Shown piece after piece: positions 14,475 to 23,970 of a stretch of 24,000 nucleotides of DNA. The position numbers were made by a program, and so were the translations under genes. Source of the DNA: Nitrososphaerota archaeon (GTDB lineage: Archaea > Thermoproteota > Nitrososphaeria_A > Caldarchaeales > Caldarchaeaceae); assembly GCA_041641305.1 (NCBI GenBank), contig JBEPYN010000002.1, positions 543,509-567,508 on the forward strand, written 5' to 3'. Below the pieces are notes generated by a model. The model saw nothing but the letters and a program-made list of their open reading frames with translations, was not told the DNA's origin and did no database searches. Position 1 is the stretch's first letter. Each line of letters starts with the position of its first letter.

Positions 14475-15242
14475 CTACTTTTTCTGACCCGTGCGCATTT
14501 TTTCCACAAGCTCAGATATCTTGGTGTTCAGCTCAGCCACGAGCTCGTTTCTCAGCTCAGGCTGGGCCACTAGGATAACAACCTCGAGCACAGCCTCGTT
14601 TTGTCCACGCTCCTTAACGGATACAATCGGTGGAAACCTTTGGTCAAGCTTGCCTCTGTACTTGTTGCAGAGCTTGAGTATCTCGGTCTCAGCATGTGGT
14701 ATACTCACGCCCTGTGGAATATGGACAGTCAAAGTGGCTCTCCGCGGAGCGATTGGGGAGAGGTTTAGAGATATTTCTTTGAGTAGAACGGAGTTGGGGA
14801 CGACTGCTACGGAACCTTCTTCTAGGATTAGGAGCGATGCGACTGGGTTGATTTCGACCACCTTGCCCCTGAAGCTGGAGACCTGAATTTCGTCTCCCAC
14901 GTTGATGGGTATGAAGCTTCCAATCAGATATCTCGAGGAGATGTTGCTGAGAATGTCGCGGACCGCAATAATAGCTGCCACGCCAGCCAGTCCTATGAGT
15001 AGAAAAAGAACGTCGAGGTTGAGTCCAAGCTGGTTAACGATGAACAGCAGCCCTACCAGCCAGATAAAAATCGAGACACCTCTGGTTATCTGCTCGTTCA
15101 GCAGCGGGGGTGCTCTGAACAACAGTCTGCGAAGAATCGATGAGGCTATACGCGCTACGAGAGCTGTGACAAGAAGCATGATCGCTACAATGGCCAATTG
15201 TAGAGTTATCGCTGTGAGCTCGGGAAGCTCCGCCAAAATCAT
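14475..15242 (-). CDS. Small-conductance mechanosensitive channel (MscS family)
   Basis: Three N-terminal TM helices are followed by the beta-domain pattern PINVGDEIQVSSFRGKVVEINPVASLLILEEGSVAVVPNSVLL. Its ATG overlaps the stop of the upstream glycosyltransferase (ATGA). Confidence 0.8.
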   Translation of the reverse strand: MILAELPELTAITLQLAIVAIMLLVTALVARIASSILRRLLFRAPPLLNEQITRGVSIFIWLVGLLFIVNQLGLNLDVLFLLIGLAGVAAIIAVRDILSNISSRYLIGSFIPINVGDEIQVSSFRGKVVEINPVASLLILEEGSVAVVPNSVLLKEISLNLSPIAPRRATLTVHIPQGVSIPHAETEILKLCNKYRGKLDQRFPPIVSVKERGQNEAVLEVVILVAQPELRNELVAELNTKISELVEKMRTGQKK

Positions 15243-16588
15243 CCAACCACCTCCTCAACAATTTTCCTCTCAGCCTCGATGCCTCTTTCTAACGTGCAGA
15301 GTTTTGCGGTTTCACGGCCTCTGTCACCCATCTCCCTAGCGAGTGAATCGTTCTCCAACAATTGTAGCATCCTATCGGCCAAGCCATCGACATCATCGGG
15401 TTCAAAAACGTATCCGTTGTAGCCATCTTCGACGAGCTCGGCTATGCCGGCTGTGCTGCTTACTATCGCTGGTTTGCCGTACAGCCAGCTTTCCACAACC
15501 ACCAGCCCGAACCCTTCGGTGACCGAGGGAAGCACCGTGAACTGGGAGAGTGTATATGCTGCCTCAAGCTCCTTCTGGGTGACATGACCTGTGAATACAA
15601 CATGTCGTTCGAGGCCGAAGCTTTTCACAAGACCTGTGAGATAATCGCGCCACATCTCACCCTTAGAGAGGCCTAAACCCTGTCGGGAGCTGGAAAAGCT
15701 ACCGTTACCCACGATCAGAAGCTTGGCATCATGTTTTTTCACGACCTTAGCCAAAGCCTTGATAGCCCTATCATGCCCCTTCATTGGATCCATTCTAGCT
15801 ACTATTGAAACGATTTTGTCATCCATGCTGAGTCCATGCTTGTCTGCAAAACGCTGTAAATCGCCTCGTGTAGGTGCTCCATACTGACCTGCGTCGATGT
15901 AGGGATATACGTAGTAGGCTTTGCCGCCGTAACCTATGTTGAGGAGAGTTTTCATGTAGTTTTTGGAGCTGACTACGATGGCGTCGTAGGAGTTCAAAAA
16001 CCTCACCAGAAACTCGGGCCACTCGGGCGGTATGACTCGTTTGTCGAAGGGGATGTGCCACCTAAAAATTTTTGGCTTCATGGTTTTCATCATCTCACCC
16101 ATAGGTAGTTGCTGAAAATCATGAATATAGAAAACGTCAAAATCTATTTCTTTGTCAAGTGTCATCGCTGTTTCGCTGCATACTCTGTTATACATGTTGT
16201 AGTAGATGTAGTCTTCTGACCATGCGAGTTCGAGGAGCGAGAGTGTTGACTCATTCTGCATACCGTGGAAAATCTTCCACATGCTTTCCTTCACCGCACC
16301 ATAGCCCTTCAAAGCCTCGGACCCGAGCTTTACAAAATGCAGCCACAGCCTATCCAAGCGTATCTTATCAGGTGCAGCCGGGTTGAGAGATATCCAATGA
16401 GCCTCTTCCAGAAAATTTGATTCAAGCATGTGAGATAATAGGGGGTAAACCATTCTAGTCACCCCGCCAGGTGAGTAGATATAATCAGCGCCCTCCACAA
16501 GCTCCGAAAAATCAACAGACTCCACGACGCCTTCAACGGGCCTCAGAAAACGTATGAGCGGAGTTTGTGAACAAACAAGCATCCGCAT
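15239..16588 (-). CDS. GT-B fold glycosyltransferase, GT4 family, TreT (trehalose synthase)-like
   Basis: The C-terminal GT4 EX7E region is PSVTEGFGLVVVESWLYGKPAIV...GYNGYVFEP. The N-terminal half has SPGGVTRMVYPLL, FYIHDFQQLP and FRWHIPFD, resembling the GGGVAE / HDPQ / RCHID pattern I recall for TreT-type synthases. TATAAA lies about 31 nt upstream of the ATG. Confidence 0.65.
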   Translation of the reverse strand: MRMLVCSQTPLIRFLRPVEGVVESVDFSELVEGADYIYSPGGVTRMVYPLLSHMLESNFLEEAHWISLNPAAPDKIRLDRLWLHFVKLGSEALKGYGAVKESMWKIFHGMQNESTLSLLELAWSEDYIYYNMYNRVCSETAMTLDKEIDFDVFYIHDFQQLPMGEMMKTMKPKIFRWHIPFDKRVIPPEWPEFLVRFLNSYDAIVVSSKNYMKTLLNIGYGGKAYYVYPYIDAGQYGAPTRGDLQRFADKHGLSMDDKIVSIVARMDPMKGHDRAIKALAKVVKKHDAKLLIVGNGSFSSSRQGLGLSKGEMWRDYLTGLVKSFGLERHVVFTGHVTQKELEAAYTLSQFTVLPSVTEGFGLVVVESWLYGKPAIVSSTAGIAELVEDGYNGYVFEPDDVDGLADRMLQLLENDSLAREMGDRGRETAKLCTLERGIEAERKIVEEVVG

Positions 16589-16652
16589 ACATTCTTCAGC
16601 ATCATCCGACCCCTTTATACATTATCTAGTCAACCTTTCTCGAACATATGTT

Positions 16653-16726
16653 TGCGGCCGGCGGGATTTGAACCCGCGACTACCAGCGTGGAAGGCTGGT
16701 GTCCTACCAGGCTAGACCACGGCCGC
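16653..16726 (-). tRNA. tRNA-Gly (anticodon UCC)
   Basis: The reverse complement reads GCGGCCG-TG-GTCT-AGCCTGGTA-GGAC-A-CCAGC-CTTCCAC-GCTGG-TAGTC-GCGGG-TTCAAAT-CCCGC-CGGCCGC-A, a full 74-nt cloverleaf. Confidence 0.9.
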
Positions 16727-17478
16727 TACGTTCGGAGATTTGTTTCGGCGGGATAAAACCTTAACCTGTCTTTGACGCTGATTGTTCCAGGTTTGACCAC
16801 TGTGGCGTAGAGGCCGAACGTTCCGTCGCAGGTTGTTCTCAGTGTTTTGAGCAGCTCGAGTTTTCTGCTCAGGTTTTTCTGTTTGTGGGTGATGACTATG
16901 CATCGTTTCGTTGGCTTGACTATTTTCAGTAATGCTTCACCGGCTTCGAGGTATCCGCCTACAATTGTTTCATCATCCTGTTCCGATGAGAAAACGATGT
17001 TTGGCCTGAAGCGGGCTGCATCGTCGAGGCTGAGTCCCATTTTCTCAAGGCTTCTTAGATTGATTAGGTGGATGGGCATCGAGTCGTGGAAACGTGTTTC
17101 ACGTGTCTCTCCTGTTTTTTCGAAAACTATGTTCTTCTCGAAATCTATCTCAAGACCTCTAAAGCTCAGCGGTATGCCTGTGTTTTGGACAAGCCTCACA
17201 GGTCGTCCGAGGAAATTTGTCAGCATATCGTCATAGTTGTCATTAACTACGGCATCTGGGAAAATCAGGTTAAGGACCCCATTCGCAAGCCTGGCCCCTA
17301 TTGTGAGTAGACGCGGCTCTCCCTTCGCTGATAGAGCAAAGCCTGTGAGGGTGTCCACGACGGCAAATAACCGGTCGCCATCAAACCCGTCAAAAGAAAC
17401 ATCAACATACTCAAGCTCTTCACCTAACAGAGACTTGACAGGATAACGGAACAGTTTCACAACTCGAAATTCATTCAA
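16726..17478 (-). CDS. MOSC domain-containing protein
   Basis: The N-terminal beta-barrel start FRVVKLFRYPVKSLLGEE and the C-terminal KPTKRCIVIT (conserved Cys) are typical of MOSC proteins. The start is moved to the TTG at 17478 because the upstream ATG (17532) lies beyond the shared TATA element. The stop TAG shares its last base with tRNA-Gly +1. Confidence 0.7.
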   Translation of the reverse strand: MNEFRVVKLFRYPVKSLLGEELEYVDVSFDGFDGDRLFAVVDTLTGFALSAKGEPRLLTIGARLANGVLNLIFPDAVVNDNYDDMLTNFLGRPVRLVQNTGIPLSFRGLEIDFEKNIVFEKTGETRETRFHDSMPIHLINLRSLEKMGLSLDDAARFRPNIVFSSEQDDETIVGGYLEAGEALLKIVKPTKRCIVITHKQKNLSRKLELLKTLRTTCDGTFGLYATVVKPGTISVKDRLRFYPAETNLRT

Positions 17479-17502
17479 CCCTCGGCGAGATGGGGAATAA
17501 GC

Positions 17503-17512
17503 ATATAAATAT
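17503..17512. promoter_or_regulatory. Near-palindromic TATA element, candidate bidirectional promoter for tRNA-Met (+) and MOSC (-)
   Basis: ATATAAATAT is centred about 30 nt from tRNA-Met +1 (17538) and about 30 nt from the MOSC TTG (17478) on the opposite strand. Confidence 0.5.
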
Positions 17513-17537
17513 TCTTCACCACCCCTACACATGGAAC

Positions 17538-17612
17538 GCCGGGGTAACTCAGCCTGGCCAGAGTGCGGGGCTCATAATCCCGTTGTCGTGGGTTCGAATC
17601 CCACCCCCGGCA
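17538..17612 (+). tRNA. tRNA with CAU anticodon (elongator Met or Ile2; not the initiator)
   Basis: Reads GCCGGGG-TA-ACTC-AGCCTGGCCA-GAGT-G-CGGGG-CTCATAA-TCCCG-TTGTC-GTGGG-TTCGAAT-CCCAC-CCCCGGC-A (75 nt). The G1:C72 pair argues against the archaeal initiator, which has A1:U72. Confidence 0.85.
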
Positions 17613-17676
17613 TGATGCCATGAAATCTATTGCAGTTTGGTTGCATAATGTGTCAGCAACTCTATCTTTACGCAAG

Positions 17677-17684
17677 ATTTAAAA
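17677..17684 (+). promoter_or_regulatory. TATA box for ilvD
   Basis: ATTTAAAA lies about 26 nt upstream of the ATG at 17707 but only 5-12 nt upstream of the ATG at 17689. This favours a leaderless start at 17707. Confidence 0.5.
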
Positions 17685-17706
17685 GGGGATGGGCGGGGTT
17701 GTAGGC

Positions 17707-19374
17707 ATGGTTCGCCGTTTGTATAGTCATGAAGTTACTGAGGGGCCTGAGCGGGCTCCTCACCGTGCTATGCTTAGAGCTGTTGGGCTGAGAGATGAGG
17801 ACTTTGGTAAACCTTTCATCGGGGTAGCCAGCACAGGTAACGAGGTGACACCCTGCAACCTTCATCTCACAGACCTCGCGAAAGAGGCGAGGAGAGGTGT
17901 TTGGGAGAATAGCGGAGTGGGAATAGAGTTCACGACTATCGCGATAAGCGATGGAATATCGATGAACACCGAGGGTATGAAGGGCTCGCTTGTGAGCCGT
18001 GAGGTAATCGCTGACTCGATTGAGGTTATGTGTTTTGCGGAGAGGTTTGACGGTTTGGTGGGCATAGCGGGCTGCGACAAAAGCTTGCCAGGTACCGTGA
18101 TGGCTATGGCCCGCCTCAACATACCGTCCATCTTCCTCTACGGCGGAACAATCCTCCCCGGAAAATACATGGGGCGGGATGTTACTCTTCAGGATGTTTA
18201 CGAAGCGGTCGGCAGCTATAGCACAGGCCAAATGACGCTGCAGCAGTTGATTGAGCTGGAGAAAGTCGCTTGTCCGACGGAGGGCTCCTGCGCAGGCCTC
18301 TACACAGCCAACACCATGGCCTCGGCTATAGAGGCTCTGGGAATGTCTCTCCCCGGCACGGCCTCGATACCTGCCGTCGACCAGAGAATCTATGACGCTG
18401 CATACAGATCGGGTGCGCAGGTCCTGAAACTCTTGGAAAACGGGATAAAGCCACGCGACATAATGACATACGAGGCCTTTGAGAACGCGATAACAGTTGT
18501 CTGCGCGATGGGCGGCTCAACAAACTCTGTTCTTCATATACCAGCCATGGCCTATGAGGCTGGTGTAAAACTCGACATCGATGTCTTTGACAGAATCAGT
18601 AGGAGAACACCTCATATCGCCGACATGAGGCCCGGCGGCAGGTTTGTCATGGTTGACTTGGACAGGGTTGGGGGTGTGCCCGTTGTTTTGAAGAAGCTTC
18701 TTAACGCCGGTCTCCTACACGGAGACTGCCTAACAGTTACCGGAAAAACTCTAGCGGAAAACCTTAGAGAAATGAAAATAGGAGACGGCGGAGAAGTCGT
18801 AAGGCCTCTGAACAATCCTATACATCCGACAGGCGGTATAGCGATCCTGAAAGGAAACCTCGCTCCAGAGGGTGCAGTAGTCAAGTCAACAGCATCGACC
18901 GTGCAGTATTTCAAAGGCCCCGCCCGAGTGTTCAACTCCGAGGAAGAAGCCTACAGAGCTCTGCTAAGAAGGGAAATTCAGCCGGGCGAGGTCATAGTTA
19001 TCCGTTACGAGGGGCCGAGAGGTGGGCCCGGTATGCGGGAGATGCTTGCTGTCACTGCAATCGTTGTTGGACAGGGCTTGAAGGAAAAAGTGGCTCTCTT
19101 AACTGACGGCCGCTTCTCAGGAGCAACACATGGGCTGATGGTTGGACATGTCTCACCCGAGGCCGCCGTCGGCGGGCCAATAGCCGCCCTCAAAGACGGC
19201 GACATCGTGGAAATCGATGTACCAAACCGCAAGCTATCCGTCGAGCTCTCCGACGAAGAGATAAAGAAGAGGATGGAGAACTGGACGCCGCCTCCGCCGA
19301 AATATACGCGGGGCGTTCTGGCCAAGTACGCCAAGCTGGTGGGCTCTGCGAGCAGAGGAGCCGTATGCGGATAA
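17707..19374 (+). CDS. ilvD: Dihydroxy-acid dehydratase
   Basis: [37 protein letters not shown], the Fe-S ligand context [16 protein letters not shown] and the C-terminal GAVCG are all typical of IlvD. An alternative start at 17689 is given by the ORF track. Confidence 0.9.
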   Translation: MVRRLYSHEVTEGPERAPHRAMLRAVGLRDEDFGKPFIGVASTGNEVTPCNLHLTDLAKEARRGVWENSGVGIEFTTIAISDGISMNTEGMKGSLVSREVIADSIEVMCFAERFDGLVGIAGCDKSLPGTVMAMARLNIPSIFLYGGTILPGKYMGRDVTLQDVYEAVGSYSTGQMTLQQLIELEKVACPTEGSCAGLYTANTMASAIEALGMSLPGTASIPAVDQRIYDAAYRSGAQVLKLLENGIKPRDIMTYEAFENAITVVCAMGGSTNSVLHIPAMAYEAGVKLDIDVFDRISRRTPHIADMRPGGRFVMVDLDRVGGVPVVLKKLLNAGLLHGDCLTVTGKTLAENLREMKIGDGGEVVRPLNNPIHPTGGIAILKGNLAPEGAVVKSTASTVQYFKGPARVFNSEEEAYRALLRREIQPGEVIVIRYEGPRGGPGMREMLAVTAIVVGQGLKEKVALLTDGRFSGATHGLMVGHVSPEAAVGGPIAALKDGDIVEIDVPNRKLSVELSDEEIKKRMENWTPPPPKYTRGVLAKYAKLVGSASRGAVCG

Positions 19375-19437
19375 CCGTTTAAAACTCTTTATAAGAGTAT
19401 CAGCAGTGTTATCGCGGGTTGATGAGGTGGATGGCCG

Positions 19438-19719
19438 ATGGCTCAACAAAGCTCCGATTGGGAGTCAAAACGGCAGCAGGTTGTTCAGATACTGGAGACA
19501 ATCATAAACGACACGGACACTCCCCGCAACATCCGCAGAATCGCTAAACAGGCCTCCACAGAGCTTTTTAACGAAAAACTCAAGCCAGCAGTAAGAGCAG
19601 CAAACTCAATCGACCTCATCGAGGAAATAATTAACGACCCCAACATGCCATCATTCACGAGAACACAGCTCTGGATGGCGATAAGCATACTCGAAACAAT
19701 CCGCTCGTCACAATCCTAG
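19438..19719 (+). CDS. UPF0147 family protein
   Basis: 93 aa. DTDTPRNIRRIAKQA and INDPNMPSFTRTQLWMAISILE match the conserved UPF0147 pattern. A GAGGTG Shine-Dalgarno-like element lies about 15-20 nt upstream. Confidence 0.75.
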   Translation: MAQQSSDWESKRQQVVQILETIINDTDTPRNIRRIAKQASTELFNEKLKPAVRAANSIDLIEEIINDPNMPSFTRTQLWMAISILETIRSSQS

Positions 19720-19790
19720 TACAGATAAAAAGGTAAAATTCCGCACCACTAAGAAAAAGATAAACAAATACAATCCATAGGTGAAGTTCT

Positions 19791-21173
19791 TTGAACAATC
19801 TGGTAAAGTATGCAGCGATAATTGCGGCGGTCGCAGCCCTAGGCTATTTTATGGGACTAAACACTAGGCAGTTGGCTTCGCTCATAGTTCTCGGCGGAAT
19901 GATAGGCGCCACGTTGATGTTTTGGAGGTTTAGGCTTGTCTTCGCATTCTTCGCCCTCACAATAATGCTTGGAACAGACCTGCTTGAGACAGATTTGCTC
20001 ATAGAATTCGCTCACATAGACACCATATTGTTCCTCGCGACGATGATGGTTGTAGTGGGCTATCTCGAGGAAGCCCGGTTCTTCGAAGTACTGATAGATA
20101 AGCTTCTCGCCTTCGTGGGAAACAGACCCAGAACCCTCGTGATTTTCTTTATGGCGATGTCGGCCCTGCTCGCGGCTTTGGTAGATGAGGTCACCTCAAT
20201 CCTCATCATGACAGCTGTCCTCCTCGACTTCACATCCCGCTACAACCTCAACCCAATCAGATTCATACTACTATCCATATTCGCAACCAACATAGGGAGC
20301 TCGGCAACGGTTGTCGGCAACCCAGTCGGAGTCGTGATAGCTTTCCAAGCTGGACTTGGTTTTCTCGACTTCCTCAGATGGGCTACGCCAATCTCCATCG
20401 TTTCGCTTGTTCTATGCATGGCGATGGTGTTGATTGTTTTCCGCAAAGACATAGAGCAGCTTAGACAGGCTATGGCATCTATCAAATTGGAGGCCCCAGC
20501 AGCCGAAGTAGCTGATGGGGGACAGCGGGTTGATATCAGGCTGCCTGCCGTGATTTTTCTCGCAACAATCACCGGCTTAATTCTTCACACACCTATTGAG
20601 CAAGCTTTCGGACTCGGCAAAAACTCGATGCTTCTCGGTGTTCCTTTCCTGTTCTCTGGAATAGTGCTTTTACTTGAACGACAAAGAGCAAGAGAGCTGG
20701 TTGAGCGTAGAATCGACTGGTGGACCCTCCTCTTCTTCATGATTTTCTTCGCGAGTGTTGGTACTCTCAGCCACACTGGCGCGACCGAGGTGTTCGCAAG
20801 CCTCATACTGACCAACGTTGGCGAATCATCTTTCGCGCTAACCATAGTTGTCATGCTTGCCGCGGGGCTGATGTCGGCTTTCATGGACAACGTCCTCGCC
20901 GTGGCAACCTGGATACCTATAATCAAGACGTTAGGCGAGTTAGGGGTGAACGTTTTCCCACTTTGGTGGACCATGCTCTTCGCCGGCACATTCTGGGGCA
21001 ACTTAACCGTGGTGGGAAGCACGGCGAACATCGTTGCCGTAGGAATGCTGGAGCGTCGAGAACGTATACACATAACTCTCAGACAGTGGATAGGAGTCGG
21101 CGCGGCAATCACGCTACCTACCATGGCTCTTGCCCTGATACTAATTCTCCTCCAGTTACCTCTGATGACTTAG
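19791..21173 (+). CDS. ArsB/NhaD superfamily (CitMHS-like) anion permease
   Basis: 460-aa polytopic membrane protein with two hydrophobic halves separated by a hydrophilic loop (KDIEQLRQAMASIKLE...). The motifs ATNIGSSATVVGNP and GNLTVVGSTANIV are typical of this superfamily. It has a TTG start. Confidence 0.65.
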   Translation: MNNLVKYAAIIAAVAALGYFMGLNTRQLASLIVLGGMIGATLMFWRFRLVFAFFALTIMLGTDLLETDLLIEFAHIDTILFLATMMVVVGYLEEARFFEVLIDKLLAFVGNRPRTLVIFFMAMSALLAALVDEVTSILIMTAVLLDFTSRYNLNPIRFILLSIFATNIGSSATVVGNPVGVVIAFQAGLGFLDFLRWATPISIVSLVLCMAMVLIVFRKDIEQLRQAMASIKLEAPAAEVADGGQRVDIRLPAVIFLATITGLILHTPIEQAFGLGKNSMLLGVPFLFSGIVLLLERQRARELVERRIDWWTLLFFMIFFASVGTLSHTGATEVFASLILTNVGESSFALTIVVMLAAGLMSAFMDNVLAVATWIPIIKTLGELGVNVFPLWWTMLFAGTFWGNLTVVGSTANIVAVGMLERRERIHITLRQWIGVGAAITLPTMALALILILLQLPLMT

Positions 21174-21415
21174 TCAGTGCTGGGCTTAGCCACTATAACA
21201 ATTTCCTCTTTCTTCTTTGTGACCCAAATCTCGTAGCCATGCTTCAGCAGAGTAGCCAAACAGTCGTGCCACGGAAAATACGCAGGGTCTCTAACAGTAA
21301 TCTCGAAACCGCCGTACTCTGTTTTGACGTCACCGGTTTTTCCAACCTGCACCTCCAAACAAGTTTTGAGATCAGCTGCCGGAACCACAGATTCTTGGTT
21401 CAAACTCCGTATCAT
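21170..21415 (-). CDS. Hypothetical small protein
   Basis: 81-aa ORF with an ATG start and TATA-like elements upstream. It is convergent with the permease stop and overlaps it by 4 nt. No recognisable motif. Confidence 0.4.
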   Translation of the reverse strand: MIRSLNQESVVPAADLKTCLEVQVGKTGDVKTEYGGFEITVRDPAYFPWHDCLATLLKHGYEIWVTKKKEEIVIVAKPSTD

Positions 21416-21453
21416 TGACTTTATAGTCGGTATTTAACCACTACCACTTACTC

Positions 21454-21460
21454 TTTTATA
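21454..21460 (+). promoter_or_regulatory. TATA box for pheA
   Basis: TTTTATA is centred about 29 nt upstream of the TTG start at 21486, which is consistent with a leaderless transcript. Confidence 0.45.
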
Positions 21461-21485
21461 CAACAAAGTCATCATACCGGACAAG

Positions 21486-22316
21486 TTGCCGACAACCGTG
21501 GCCTTCCAGGGTGAAAAAGGCGCCTACAGCGAAGAAGCCATTCTGCATTTTTTCGGCAGCGAGGTTCAGACGCTGCCCTGCAGAAGCATCCGCGAGGTTT
21601 TCAAGAACTGTGAGGCCAGGGTTGTGGACTATGGCGTGGTCCCGGTGGAGAACAGCATAGAGGGAAGCGTATTCGAGACATATGACATGTTCCTCAGCTC
21701 AAGCGTCAAAGCAGTTGGTGAAATCATTCTCAGGATACGTCACTGCCTAATCGCGTTACCCGATGTCTCGCTCAACGAAGTCGAGACAGTCTACTCACAT
21801 CCACAGGCTCTTGCACAGTGTCGTGGATATCTTCAGTCGCTCGGTGTATCTGTCGAGGTTACATATGATACAGCCGGCAGCGTGAAGATGATTAAGGAGA
21901 GGGGGTTAAGGAATGCTGCTGCTGTTGCGAGCGAGAGGGCCGCGGAAATCTATGGCATGAAGGTTCTTGCTAAAGGGATAGAGGACTATGGCCACAACTA
22001 TACACGTTTCCTCGTAATATCCGTGAAAGAGGCGCTTCATTCCCCCAACAGCAAAACATCCATCATCTTCTCCACAGCCCACAAGCCCGGAGCGCTCTAC
22101 AACGCACTCGGAGCATTCGCGAGAAACGGGATAAACCTCACCAAGATAGAGTCACGGCCCACCCGGCAGAGGCCATGGGAGTATTACTTTTTCGTGGACT
22201 TCGAGGGTCATCAAGAAGATGAAAATGTGAAGAAAGCGTTGGCGGAGCTGGTCTCCTACGCATCCTTCATTAAAATCCTCGGCTCTTATCCACGCGCGTC
22301 CACCGACTTATCCTGA
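21486..22316 (+). CDS. pheA: Prephenate dehydratase with C-terminal ACT domain
   Basis: VAFQGEKGAYSEEA, VPVENSIEGSV, the TRF motif (NYTRFLVIS) and the ACT region LTKIESRPTRQRPWEYYFFVDFEGH are present. Confidence 0.9.
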   Translation: MPTTVAFQGEKGAYSEEAILHFFGSEVQTLPCRSIREVFKNCEARVVDYGVVPVENSIEGSVFETYDMFLSSSVKAVGEIILRIRHCLIALPDVSLNEVETVYSHPQALAQCRGYLQSLGVSVEVTYDTAGSVKMIKERGLRNAAAVASERAAEIYGMKVLAKGIEDYGHNYTRFLVISVKEALHSPNSKTSIIFSTAHKPGALYNALGAFARNGINLTKIESRPTRQRPWEYYFFVDFEGHQEDENVKKALAELVSYASFIKILGSYPRASTDLS

Positions 22317-23198
22317 CCCGATCCTTACGTTACAGAGTTTTTCGAGAACCTCTACCAAGGCTTGTGTACCATTTTCGCCGTGGCCCATTTCATCCAGTGT
22401 TTTAATCAGCTCGGACACGAGCGCTATGCCTGGTAGGCAGAGGCCGAGGCTTTCGGCTGTTTCTCGGACAAACCGCAGGTCTTTCCTGAGATGCTTGACC
22501 TTGAAACCCGGTCTCCAGTCTCTCACAACCATTCTTGGCCCGAGGTTGCTTAGCTGCCAGGAGCCGCCCGCCCCAGTTGAGATCACTTCTATTACCCGCT
22601 TCAAGTCAAGCCCTGCTTTTGCCGCGATCATGAGGGTTTCACATACGCCGAGGAGGTTGAGCGAGACAGCCACCTGATTGCATAGCTTGGTGAAGCTTCC
22701 CGAGCCCGATTCACCCATGTAGTAGATGTTTTTCCCCATGGCTTCGAAGACGGGCCGCATTTTCTCGAAGACCTCGGGTTTGCCCCCCACCATTATCGTG
22801 AGGGTTCCCTGCTCAGCGGCCATCGTGCTCCCCGAAACAGGTGCGTCAAGCATTTCTCCACCCCTTTCCTCGACACGGCGCATCATCTGCTTTGAGAAAC
22901 CTGGAGAAACAGTTGACATATCGACCACGACACAGCCAGGTGCCATGCCTTCCAAAACACCGTTCTGCCCCAGCAGAACCTGCTCAACAGCCTTCTCATC
23001 GGGCAGCATGGTTATGACGCATTCCGAGAGCTTAGCCACCTCCCTCGGTGAACCACATGGAGTGGCTCCGAGAGAGGCCAGCTCATCAACAGGTACCCTG
23101 CTCCTGTTAAACACAGCCAGCTTGAAGCCGTGCCGCAGAAGATTCTTAGCCATCGGCTTCCCCATGAGACCAAGCCCTATGAACCCAACCCGCTCCAT
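22308..23198 (-). CDS. 3-hydroxyisobutyrate dehydrogenase-like NAD(P)-dependent oxidoreductase (HIBADH/6PGDH family)
   Basis: Has the Rossmann motif VGFIGLGLMGKPMAKNL, DAPVSGS and KDLRF. The start is set at the ATG at 23198 (MERVGFIGLG). GTAAAAAAC on the - strand lies about 30-38 nt upstream of it. Confidence 0.8.
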   Translation of the reverse strand: MERVGFIGLGLMGKPMAKNLLRHGFKLAVFNRSRVPVDELASLGATPCGSPREVAKLSECVITMLPDEKAVEQVLLGQNGVLEGMAPGCVVVDMSTVSPGFSKQMMRRVEERGGEMLDAPVSGSTMAAEQGTLTIMVGGKPEVFEKMRPVFEAMGKNIYYMGESGSGSFTKLCNQVAVSLNLLGVCETLMIAAKAGLDLKRVIEVISTGAGGSWQLSNLGPRMVVRDWRPGFKVKHLRKDLRFVRETAESLGLCLPGIALVSELIKTLDEMGHGENGTQALVEVLEKLCNVRIGSG

Positions 23199-23274
23199 GC
23201 AAATGCATACCTGAGAGGCGGTATGTAGGTTTTTTACATGGTATTCCACGGAATTTCTTGCGCTGAACAAAGTA

Positions 23275-23970
23275 ATGAAGCAGCGTATACAGCAGCAGTA
23301 CCCCCTGCCTGTTAGGGTCGAGGATTTGGCGAGCCTCGTAAGACTGGCTTCTTCTCGGTGGGACTATATGCCGCATCTCATAGCCTTTCAACATCTTCAG
23401 CAAACCGTGGTCGCGTATCTTCAGACGATGCCTCTGGGCAAGGTGAGCATACCTATGCTTTTCCACACCGTTGTGCAGGAACCCGTGAAAAAATACGTCG
23501 TCTACACAGCTTTGGAGAAAGAGGAGACAAGGTTATCAGACCACCCCGAGACAGGGCGTTACGTCTCCTACCCAATAATCCACGTAGACCCTCCGCCCCG
23601 AATCATGGAAAAAGCGATAACCAGCAAACCCGGCAGAAAACTTCGCGGCATCGAAAAAATTAGAGTAAAGGGCCTTGACTCAATTATGCGGCTGGTTTCG
23701 GCGATGACTGACGAGTCGTTCAGCCCACCGGTGTGGTGCTACAGGTCCAAAAACGGCTACAGCCTCTCCGTCCTATACCCCGTCTACGAATACTACGACT
23801 CGATAGCCCTCCCCTTCCTGTACTATATTGAAATAGCGCAGAAACCGCCAGCGCCTTTCATCGCATACTCGCCCACACTTGAACGAGAGAGCATACGCTA
23901 CACAGACTCCGTCTCCGACACACGCTATTTCTACGGACGGCTGGTGTTCCTCGAAAACTTCATCGTTTAG
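23275..23970 (+). CDS. Hypothetical protein
   Basis: 231-aa ORF rich in aromatic residues, with no motif I recognise. It is divergent from the dehydrogenase gene. The true start is uncertain. Confidence 0.45.
   Translation: MKQRIQQQYPLPVRVEDLASLVRLASSRWDYMPHLIAFQHLQQTVVAYLQTMPLGKVSIPMLFHTVVQEPVKKYVVYTALEKEETRLSDHPETGRYVSYPIIHVDPPPRIMEKAITSKPGRKLRGIEKIRVKGLDSIMRLVSAMTDESFSPPVWCYRSKNGYSLSVLYPVYEYYDSIALPFLYYIEIAQKPPAPFIAYSPTLERESIRYTDSVSDTRYFYGRLVFLENFIV

Noticed and set aside
17668-18231. 187-aa ORF on the - strand
   Set aside because: It lies entirely antisense to the strongly supported ilvD gene and has no motif. It is a typical shadow ORF in GC-rich coding DNA.
20585-21418. ORFs 20585-21124 (-) and 20720-21418 (+), which overlap the permease gene
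   Set aside because: They are alternative-frame or antisense to a convincing polytopic permease. Their translations are Arg/Ser/Pro-rich with no domain features.
22726-23214. 162-aa ORF on the + strand
   Set aside because: It is antisense to the well-supported HIBADH-like gene. The translation is Ser/Pro/Thr-rich with no features.
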